Assembly (NCBI GenBank): GCA_025839675.1
Contig: CP104013.1
Span: forward strand, 4,410,001 to 4,442,000
Reading direction: 5' to 3'
DNA length: 32,000 bases
DNA from: Candidatus Lokiarchaeum ossiferum
GTDB lineage: Archaea; Asgardarchaeota; Lokiarchaeia; Sigyniarchaeales; Promethearchaeaceae
Part shown: piece by piece, positions 7,701-14,903 of the stretch
Layout: each line of letters starts with the position of its first letter
Numbering within the stretch: the stretch's first letter is position 1
Made by a program: the position numbers and the translations under genes
Notes under the pieces: generated by a model
Told to the model about the DNA's origin: nothing
The model's input: the letters and a program-made list of their open reading frames with translations, nothing else
The model's database searches: none

Positions 7701-8489
7701 CTATTCTATAGCTTTTTCCCACATTCTTGAAAATAATTCGGTTAGAAACGTGACATAAGAAGTTGAATTGGAGCTAAAGATGGAGTATTCTAATTCTTTT
7801 GGTTTTGCAATGTTAAAATTACCCTTGATCAGCTGAATTCCAACGTTATCATCAGAAATGAGCACTCCTTGTTCTACATTTGGATAGAATTTGATGGTGC
7901 CATATTTCTTCAAAATACTGATAAATGATCGTTCTCGAAATCGTTCTTCAATGATTAAATGGGTTTCAATTCCTTTAGCACGAAGAAAATCAAGATTCAT
8001 TTTAATAATTGGAAATATTTCATTCATGTTTTTAATAAACGCTTTAATTGATCGATTAGTTCCATTCAGAACATTCCGAAAGTGATCCGTAGATGCTCTA
8101 TTGCCTTCATAAATCGTCAATTGTTCTTTTTTTGCTGGATGTTTTTCCCCAAACAATTGTTTTAGAAAGGGGAGGGAACAATCCATATTTTGTTGAAATT
8201 CAGTTTCTTGGGTTTTTTTTATATTTCCAAAAACTTCGGAAGGATCATTTCCAATAAATGTACTTGGGCGTCCTTCTAATTTTGTGATTATCCTTCGCTT
8301 AACCATATCATTTAACACTTCATAAATTCGGGAATAAGGAACACTTGTTAATTTACTTAACTCGTGGGCGTTCATTTCTCCAGAATCTAAAAGAGCAATG
8401 TAAATGTTGGTAAAATAATCTGTAAATCCTAAATTTTTCAAGGCACCACGAACATCAGAATCAATTTTAATATTTTTCCCTAATTTCAA
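7701..8489 (-). CDS. TrmB-family transcriptional regulator (N-terminal winged HTH plus C-terminal TrmB-like domain)
   Basis: 'LKNLGFTDYFTNIYIALLDSGEMNAHELSKLTSVPYSRIYEVLNDMVKRRII...EGRPSTF' is the typical TrmB wHTH. The TTG start overlaps the upstream stop (TTGA, 8486-8489). Confidence 0.8.
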   Translation of the reverse strand: MKLGKNIKIDSDVRGALKNLGFTDYFTNIYIALLDSGEMNAHELSKLTSVPYSRIYEVLNDMVKRRIITKLEGRPSTFIGNDPSEVFGNIKKTQETEFQQNMDCSLPFLKQLFGEKHPAKKEQLTIYEGNRASTDHFRNVLNGTNRSIKAFIKNMNEIFPIIKMNLDFLRAKGIETHLIIEERFRERSFISILKKYGTIKFYPNVEQGVLISDDNVGIQLIKGNFNIAKPKELEYSIFSSNSTSYVTFLTELFSRMWEKAIE

Positions 8490-9205
8490 AAGTTTTCACC
8501 TGTATATATTTTTGATAATTCATTATCCATTAATTCTAGCGCAAATTCGTAAAGCCTTCGCATGTATTTCCAGTCTCGGATGTTCCATGTTGGTTTATAA
8601 AATGGGATATTGATAGCATCTAAATTTCGTTCAAAACAATCAATCATTTGATCAAAAATGGATAAAACTGCATCTAAAGCTTCTTGACATAATTCTTTCG
8701 TGGCATACTTTTTACGAATTAATTCAGATACAAATTTTACATCTGGTTCATTGCAGTTAATAAATCGAGTTGCTTGGATGATTGAAATTCGATAGGTAAG
8801 CCGACTAATTAATTCTAACTCACTTCGGATGGGATGAGAGGAAGATGTGTGTTTCAAACTCCAATCTACATTCGCGTATTCAGCAAAAGTTTTTTTAACT
8901 TTTTCATCTAAAAAGTCCGGATCAATTAAATCATCTTCAATATGGTTGAGACATTCAACAGCAGAATTCAAAACAATACGAATCTGAGTTTTCCCTTTTC
9001 GTCTAATATAATCCTTCAAAATATAGTCGTAATAATTATTTGCGGTAAATTCTAAGAAGCTAGAATCTGAGTTTTCTTTAACATATATCCTTCGCAGAAA
9101 ATCTAACCCGGAGTCTAGAAGATTAATGAGGTAGTGGCGAATCAGGTTATAATTACGTTTAATGATAGGATCTGGGATATCGATAATTAAGGGATTTGAG
9201 GACAT
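8486..9205 (-). CDS. Hypothetical, predicted all-helical protein containing a DDLID (DDxxD) motif
   Basis: 239-aa ORF with a 4-nt overlap onto the TrmB gene. It contains 'NHIEDDLIDPDF'. I recognise no family. Confidence 0.5.
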   Translation of the reverse strand: MSSNPLIIDIPDPIIKRNYNLIRHYLINLLDSGLDFLRRIYVKENSDSSFLEFTANNYYDYILKDYIRRKGKTQIRIVLNSAVECLNHIEDDLIDPDFLDEKVKKTFAEYANVDWSLKHTSSSHPIRSELELISRLTYRISIIQATRFINCNEPDVKFVSELIRKKYATKELCQEALDAVLSIFDQMIDCFERNLDAINIPFYKPTWNIRDWKYMRRLYEFALELMDNELSKIYTGENF

Positions 9206-9291
9206 AATAATGACTTGGGTAAATTAATTGGAAGATCAGTTTTTTTAGAGAGGTAAGATTGCAAAATATTTGCTAATAAAAAAGATTTTTC

Positions 9292-10365
9292 CTAACTATT
9301 TGTGATGTAAGTTAGGAGTTGACCATAAAAAGCCATGGAATCATTGCGTAATCCAGGATAAATTTGTTTTAATGAGTTGTAAACTTCATTTATCAAACTT
9401 TTGGAATACATTTCTGCAAAATTTGTTGCTCCTGTTGTCTGATAGATCTCTCGCACTACTTGAAGTTGATCATTAGTTGCTTTTGGATTCCCTAAAATTT
9501 CATTTAATTGTGTTTTTTGTTCTTGGTTAGCATTTTGATATGAAATAATTGTTAAGATTGTTGATTGCCCACTTTTTATATCATGATCGATAGAGTGCAG
9601 TTTTGGATCTCCGAATGTGCCATTGATATCATTCTGTATTTGTTCAACAATTCCTACTTTATTCATAGCCTCCATTAATGGTTTCATCTGAGATTTGCGT
9701 GCATTTCCAAAAATAGCCCCTAAGGCAACTGCTGTTTCCATTTGTTTTGCTCGTTTATCTGCTAAGATAAGATAATTTTCCAGGGTGATCTTATCAAGAG
9801 AAATCTCTCGTTTATAATATTCGTCTAACAAATTACTCCGAGTAACTCCTGCTAAACCCGATAAATAAACTTGAAGTGCCTTTGATTTACGCTTATGATC
9901 GAACTTACTATCGGTGATGATTTTTGAACCAAAGATCGATGTTAGATTTCCTCCATAGATTGCGGATGCTGTCTCGTAATTTTCTCCATTATTGTGCTTT
10001 TTTGTAAATTTTTCTCCCATAAACCGATGAAAAGTTTTCTTTCCTCGTCTGAATTCTTCTTGATCAATTAAATCATCCAACATTAGATTGGAAATGTGCA
10101 TTAACTCAATCGCAATGCTGACTTGGTATATTTGTTCTGCATTATCTAATATATTTCTCTCGGAACTAATACCTTTGAACGTTTCTATCAAACTAATTGG
10201 GTGAAGTCTTCTTCCTCCTTGAATCACAAATTGAGATCCATAGGTAAGAAATTCTCTCAAAAATGGTTCTTCTTCTAATTCAATTGCCTTTTTATAAAAA
10301 TTTTGAATAAGTAGATCAATTTTTTTCTTTTCTTTCTTCAAATGTTTAGCAAATTCCACATCCAT
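9292..10365 (-). CDS. trans-Polyprenyl diphosphate synthase homolog (GGPPS/FPPS superfamily) with an intact first and a degenerate second Asp-rich motif
   Basis: FARM 'LMLDDLIDQEEFRRGKKTFH' lies at 10063-10077. The SARM position reads 'EQIQNDINGTFGDPK...DIKSGQSTILTI' (NDING at 9619-9633) instead of DDxxD. ATG 10365 is preceded by a GGGGG Shine-Dalgarno-like run. Confidence 0.75.
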   Translation of the reverse strand: MDVEFAKHLKKEKKKIDLLIQNFYKKAIELEEEPFLREFLTYGSQFVIQGGRRLHPISLIETFKGISSERNILDNAEQIYQVSIAIELMHISNLMLDDLIDQEEFRRGKKTFHRFMGEKFTKKHNNGENYETASAIYGGNLTSIFGSKIITDSKFDHKRKSKALQVYLSGLAGVTRSNLLDEYYKREISLDKITLENYLILADKRAKQMETAVALGAIFGNARKSQMKPLMEAMNKVGIVEQIQNDINGTFGDPKLHSIDHDIKSGQSTILTIISYQNANQEQKTQLNEILGNPKATNDQLQVVREIYQTTGATNFAEMYSKSLINEVYNSLKQIYPGLRNDSMAFYGQLLTYITNS

Positions 10366-10445
10366 CAATTTTCCCCCTAAATTATCCTATACTATTAAAT
10401 AGCCAAAGAAACCTTAAAGAGTATTGATATAATCTCGAAAAAAAA

Positions 10446-11360
10446 TTATAACCCTCGGAAATATTCTGGTTTCAAAGATTGAGGGTTCTTTATTCCTTGA
10501 TCAATAGTAGTCAACAATTTTTGTTTGTCTTTGGAAAGGATTCCTTTCAACGGAAGATAATTGGATGCATGATTGGCTCGAAAAATGCAACCGTTCAGAT
10601 CATCCGATATGTTTTCAATTATCATTCTTAATTCTTCCAAAATTTGAAAGCTACTCATGGGGTGTAATTTGTGAGATAGAACTTCTTGTTCTATCGGTGT
10701 TCCTGGAGGGATCATCAAGGTTAGTGCCGAAATATACCATGTTGTTGGCGAAAGTGGATTCATGTGATTAATTAATTCCGCTGTCTTAATTGCATGTCGA
10801 CGGCTTTCTTGTTCATTACTTCCTGCTAATCCTAATATAATTGTTCCGCTAAAAACAATTCCTGCTCTATGACATTTTTGAGCAGCTTTTGCCAATTCTT
10901 CTGCATTAGTGCGCTTTTTTATTCGGTCTAGTAGGATATCATCACCCGTTTCAATTCCTACGTATACCATATTTAATCCTGATTGAGCGATTTTTCTTAA
11001 ATCCTCATCTGATTTTCGATTAATATCCTTCGCATGTGCATAAGCACTAATCCGTTGCAAATTTGGGTGAATCTTATAGCCATATTCAGAAATTTCAATG
11101 AGATCTGCTGGTTTCATCACAAAAGCATTCCCATCCAATAGAAAAATTCGTTCGATTTGATTTTTATACAGAATTTTTGCAGTTTCAATGTCCTTTTTGA
11201 TATCAAAAACATCACGAATTGCAAATTTTTTATCCTTGTAAGGGTAGCAGTAGGTACACTTGAAGGAACATCCAATAGTTGCAGTTAATAAAAGAGATTT
11301 TTTTCCTTCGGAAGGAGGTCGATAAACTGGTTCACTATAAAACAATTCTGGAGGGGTCAC
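10446..11360 (-). CDS. Radical SAM domain protein, specific function unknown
   Basis: CxxxCxxC cluster motif 'GCSFKCTYCYP', an N-terminal 'YRPPSEG', a 'GIETGDD' TIM-barrel core and a C-terminal 'RANHASNYLPLKG'. GTG start, with no nearby Met. Confidence 0.75.
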   Translation of the reverse strand: MTPPELFYSEPVYRPPSEGKKSLLLTATIGCSFKCTYCYPYKDKKFAIRDVFDIKKDIETAKILYKNQIERIFLLDGNAFVMKPADLIEISEYGYKIHPNLQRISAYAHAKDINRKSDEDLRKIAQSGLNMVYVGIETGDDILLDRIKKRTNAEELAKAAQKCHRAGIVFSGTIILGLAGSNEQESRRHAIKTAELINHMNPLSPTTWYISALTLMIPPGTPIEQEVLSHKLHPMSSFQILEELRMIIENISDDLNGCIFRANHASNYLPLKGILSKDKQKLLTTIDQGIKNPQSLKPEYFRGL

Positions 11361-11485
11361 AAACTAGTTAAATCCATTAAAACCAAAAAATTTTTTTTAA
11401 ATGGCACTTTTTTTTTTTACACCGGTCTTTATTTTACGATTACGATTATTAACATTGAACTTATGTAATTTTTAGAGTGTGTAAA

Positions 11486-12340
11486 ATGGCAAAAAAAGCA
11501 TCTAAATCCAAGAAAAATATTCGAACAATTGCGTGTAAACACCTCGAATCCATTAACGCGGTAAGCAATGCGGGAAACCCTCTTTGTTACTGTTCCAAAC
11601 GTGAATTTACGATTTCTCCTTATAATTTAGTTTGTCAAGTTTGTGATATCTATAAACCAAACCCTCAAGATATATCTCATGCTGAAATGTATGTGGCAGA
11701 TGATGCTGGGGATTTTGAATATAGCATTGATGATATCGAAATTAGCGATGATGATTTTGAATCTGAACCCGATATCGAAGAAGATGAAGAATTTGATGAT
11801 ATTCCTGTAAAGAAGAAGAAAACTAAAAAAGCCGCTCCTGTCACCGAAGAGGATGATGATGAAGACATCGAAATAGAAAAAGTAGTTGAAGAAGAAGATG
11901 ATGTCGGAATTGTTATTGGACTCGAGAAAGAAGAAGAAGAAGAAGAACTCGATTATGTGGACGAGCGCGAAGAAGGATTGGGTAAGAAACACGGGACTCT
12001 TGGAAAGGATGACGACGAAGAAGAAGAAGAAGAAGAACTTGATGAGGAGTTAGATGATTTAGATGATGAATTTGATTCTGCCAATTCTTCTGCTGATGAT
12101 GGGGATGATGATAGTGATGATGAGGATGATGATTACGATTTTGAGGAAGAGGTCATCGCCAAAATCAAAACAATCGGTGATAAAGAAATTTGTCCATTCT
12201 GCCAAAAATCAAAAGTATCCGTTTTACGTCATATTACAAAGTGTAAACGAGCCCCTGCCGAAGCGATCGCCGCTTATGCAAAATATAAAACCAAGAAAAA
12301 GAAAACAACTCGCAAAAAGAAAACTACTGCGAAAAAGTAA
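11486..12340 (+). CDS. Zinc-finger / polyacidic / lysine-rich-tail protein (possible chromatin or chaperone-like protein)
   Basis: Basic N-terminus (MAKKASKSKK). Cys cluster C..CYC..CQVC. About 170 aa of D/E-rich low complexity. A C-x2-C-x9-H-x3-C finger (CPFCQKSKVSVLRHITKC, 12191-12244). The tail is KYKTKKKKTTRKKKTTAKK. Confidence 0.6.
   Translation: MAKKASKSKKNIRTIACKHLESINAVSNAGNPLCYCSKREFTISPYNLVCQVCDIYKPNPQDISHAEMYVADDAGDFEYSIDDIEISDDDFESEPDIEEDEEFDDIPVKKKKTKKAAPVTEEDDDEDIEIEKVVEEEDDVGIVIGLEKEEEEEELDYVDEREEGLGKKHGTLGKDDDEEEEEEELDEELDDLDDEFDSANSSADDGDDDSDDEDDDYDFEEEVIAKIKTIGDKEICPFCQKSKVSVLRHITKCKRAPAEAIAAYAKYKTKKKKTTRKKKTTAKK
11930..11947 (+). repeat. (GAA)6 trinucleotide repeat in frame (EEEEEE)
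   Basis: Counted directly in the acidic-protein CDS. Confidence 0.9.
12017..12037 (+). repeat. (GAA)7 trinucleotide repeat in frame (EEEEEEE)
   Basis: Counted directly in the acidic-protein CDS. Confidence 0.9.
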
Positions 12341-12359
12341 GTTGTTTTTGGATTTTTTT

Positions 12360-12890
12360 TTAACTTGATTTTCCAAACAGTAAATTCTTCAAAGCCAAAT
12401 ATTCTTCTTCTATTGATTGAGGTTTATTGAAGAATTTTTCATTTAAATGAGTTCGGATAGAATGTATAAGATTGGTGATGTTCTGATTTGTTCTTCCCAC
12501 TGAATTTAAATTCGTTAATTCCATATCAGATTCTAGTTTTTTCTGAACTTGTCGAGCTATTTCCTTGAGATCAATGCCAAACGCATGAACTTTCATTGGA
12601 ATTATTAGCATTATGGCATAGCGTAATAAATTCCCACGAGCTTGTTGATTATTGGCTTGAATTCTCTGAATTCGGATCATACATGGTTGATCGAACTTAT
12701 TCAAGATAAAAAGGGCAAGATCTTCCGTTTTAGATGCTAGCGAATCTTGCAATATGTTCCTTTGTATTTTCTCAGATAGCAAACTTAAATCCGAACAATC
12801 GCCAATATATAGGGGACCTAGTTTAGTATGGTAATGAGCCAATGCCACTCCAATTTTGGGTTCATTTTCTAATGAAGATTCTATCTGCAT
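12360..12890 (-). CDS. Stand-alone longin-domain protein resembling the N-terminal (GAP) domain of folliculin/Lst7
   Basis: ATG 12890 follows an AAGGAG Shine-Dalgarno (complement of 12899-12904) at 8-nt spacing. 'VALAHYHTKLGPLYIG' resembles FLCN 'VALCHFCELHGPRTLF' and Lst7 'SLAHFCDKHGPRII'. 'NNQQARGNLLRYAIMLIIP' resembles FLCN 'DSLARGFQRWYSIITIMMD' and Lst7 'DENARGNERRYCFILTVD'. The comparison sequences are recalled from memory. Confidence 0.5.
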   Translation of the reverse strand: MQIESSLENEPKIGVALAHYHTKLGPLYIGDCSDLSLLSEKIQRNILQDSLASKTEDLALFILNKFDQPCMIRIQRIQANNQQARGNLLRYAIMLIIPMKVHAFGIDLKEIARQVQKKLESDMELTNLNSVGRTNQNITNLIHSIRTHLNEKFFNKPQSIEEEYLALKNLLFGKSS

Positions 12891-12944
12891 GGGGGATTCT
12901 CCTTAACTCGTTTTATTCAAACAACAAGCTGCTAAAAACTACAA

Positions 12945-13460
12945 CTAAATATCTATTATAGATATTGCTGAAGTATTTAAAGGTTCGGTGTTAAGCTCAA
13001 CAATAGCGAATGTTGATCTATCTGCCAAAAACCCCGATACTGTCCCAGGATTTAAAACTATAGTTCGTCCTTCCTTCTTGATTTGAATTTGATGGGTGTG
13101 GCCGGTGCATACAAGATCATATTGCTGAGATTTAATGATATTTTTAAGAAGGAGGGGATTTGTCCCGTGATAAATTGCTATAGATTTTCCATCCCAAACG
13201 GTTTCATAAAAATCTCCTTTAAATTGTAATGTTTCTCCAAAATGTTTCAACATTCCGGCTCTTTCTCCATCGTTATTCCCAAAGACTCCTATGGCTTCAA
13301 CACCTGTTCCCTCTAATTTCTTCATTGGGCGAACCATGAAAGGTGATATCACATCCCCACAATGGATAATTTTATCTACCTTCTTTTGTAAAAAGATTTC
13401 AATCGTTTGCTCAATTTTATCCCATTGATCATGGGTGTCGGAAAAAACTCCAATTTTCAT
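12945..13460 (-). CDS. MJ0936/YfcE-type metallophosphoesterase (phosphodiesterase)
   Basis: Motifs 'MKIGVFSDTHD', 'HCGDV', 'GNNDGE' and 'TGHTH'. ATG 13460 is preferred over the TTG at 13469. Confidence 0.8.
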   Translation of the reverse strand: MKIGVFSDTHDQWDKIEQTIEIFLQKKVDKIIHCGDVISPFMVRPMKKLEGTGVEAIGVFGNNDGERAGMLKHFGETLQFKGDFYETVWDGKSIAIYHGTNPLLLKNIIKSQQYDLVCTGHTHQIQIKKEGRTIVLNPGTVSGFLADRSTFAIVELNTEPLNTSAISIIDI

Positions 13461-13528
13461 AGATATCAATCATCATTTCGGGCTAAAAAATGTTGTTTAT
13501 TAACGAAGGAGCGCTATTAAAGGTAGGA

Positions 13529-14560
13529 ATGAAAGAAAATATCTTATCGTTTACCAGTGAAGAATTAAAATCCGTATTCAAACAAAAATATAATCAACCC
13601 TCCTACCGAGCAGTTCAAGTATTTGGCTGGTTATATAAAGATATTTCGTCTTTCGATGAAATGCAAAATGTTCCTAAAAAGTTACGTGAAAATTTGACCC
13701 GTGATTTTTTTAATGGGCAGATGGGGATATTTCAATCCCACCGATCTCATGATGGAACAGAGAAATTCTTGTTGAAATGCCAAGATGATAATATCATCGA
13801 AGCGGTCAAGATGGAATATCATCATGGAACATCTGTCTGTATATCTACCCAAGTGGGGTGCGAAATGGGGTGTATTTTTTGTGCTTCCGGTAGGGAAGGA
13901 TTAGTACGAAACCTCTCTGCCGGGGAAATGATCGGTCAGATTTTGGCTATTCAAAAACATGCAAAAAAACGAATTTCGAATATTGTCCTTATGGGTGCTG
14001 GAGAACCTCTCCAAAATTTTATAGAAGTACAAAAATTTTTGGAACTTGTTCATGATCCTAAGGGTTTGAATGTAGGGTATCGTCATATCACACTTTCTAC
14101 TTGTGGATTAGTTCCAGAAATATACAATCTCGCAGAATTGAACCTTCCTATCACTCTCGCCATTTCATTGCATTCTCCTTCAGATATAGAACGTTCTCGT
14201 ATCATGCCGATTAATAGAAAATATCCTCTTAAAGATTTAATTTATGCTTGCTTGGCATATACTAAGAAAACTAAGCGTAGAATCACTTTTGAGTATGCAT
14301 TGATTAAAGGTAAAAATGATACCATCGCTGATGCAGAAGCCTTGATCAAATTAATTAAACCGGTTTCGGGTCATGTGAATTTGATTCCAATTAATACAAC
14401 TGATACCAAACTTCAGGCTCCGGATCTGCAATGGGTTCAAAATTTCAATGAGTTTTTGAATTCTCATGGACAAAATGCAACCATTCGAAGAAATATGGGC
14501 TCTGACATTAATGCAGCATGTGGACAACTTCGATGGCAATATTTGAAAAAGTCTGAATAG
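13529..14560 (+). CDS. rlmN: RlmN/Cfr-family radical SAM RNA (adenine-C2/C8) methyltransferase
   Basis: 'SYRAVQVFGWLYK', 'VCISTQVGCEMGCIFCASG' (CxxxCxxC plus the upstream conserved Cys), 'GAGEPL', 'LAISLHSP' and a C-terminal 'AACGQL'. The start may be 13490 or 13529; 13529 fits family N-termini better. Confidence 0.85.
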   Translation: MKENILSFTSEELKSVFKQKYNQPSYRAVQVFGWLYKDISSFDEMQNVPKKLRENLTRDFFNGQMGIFQSHRSHDGTEKFLLKCQDDNIIEAVKMEYHHGTSVCISTQVGCEMGCIFCASGREGLVRNLSAGEMIGQILAIQKHAKKRISNIVLMGAGEPLQNFIEVQKFLELVHDPKGLNVGYRHITLSTCGLVPEIYNLAELNLPITLAISLHSPSDIERSRIMPINRKYPLKDLIYACLAYTKKTKRRITFEYALIKGKNDTIADAEALIKLIKPVSGHVNLIPINTTDTKLQAPDLQWVQNFNEFLNSHGQNATIRRNMGSDINAACGQLRWQYLKKSE

Positions 14561-14852
14561 GGAAGAAATCATCGACCTTTTTATAGGTTTTTAGAATATA
14601 ATTTTTTATATATTCCGATTTTTTTGTGGAGACTCTAAAAATGGTTATTTTAAATTTTATTTTATAAAAATATTCTTTAAATATTCGCACAACTTGATTA
14701 TATCATTTTATTGCTTCTAATTACGATGAGATTCATTTTCGATTGAATTCATCAAATTCGAAAAATGGATTTTTTCTTGTTTTTATGCTTATACTAAAGA
14801 ACTTAGTCTAATTAATTCTTGTTAAGGACTCCAAAATCGAGCAATCATATCC

Positions 14853-14860
14853 TTTAAATA
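14853..14860 (+). promoter_or_regulatory. Candidate archaeal TATA box (TTTAAATA) for the TFB-like gene
   Basis: It matches the TTTAWATA consensus and lies about 45 nt upstream of ATG 14904. A GTGAT Shine-Dalgarno-like element sits at about 14894. AT-rich context makes chance matches likely. Confidence 0.3.
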
Positions 14861-14903
14861 GGAGATAAAAAATGTAATTCTCTAAGTAAAAAAGTGATAG
14901 AAA

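Noticed and set aside
8486-9205. Class I terpene synthase call for the 239-aa DDLID protein. The DDxxD motif lies about 137 aa upstream of a 'DNELSKIYTGE' NSE-like segment.
   Set aside because: The NSE/DTE spacing does not fit (N/D-D-x-x-S/T-x-x-x-E requires Glu at +8, whereas here it is at +10). The motif sits at the extreme C-terminus, leaving no room for the remaining helices, and the protein is about 100 aa too short. I retained it only as part of the cluster hypothesis.
11627-12368. Three extra ORFs overlapping the acidic-protein gene: 11627-11992 (minus strand), 11677-11868 (minus strand) and 12063-12368 (plus strand).
   Set aside because: These are artefacts of the GAA/GAT-rich low-complexity region, which is free of stop codons in several frames. 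Their translations are poly-F/S or poly-M runs with no plausible fold.
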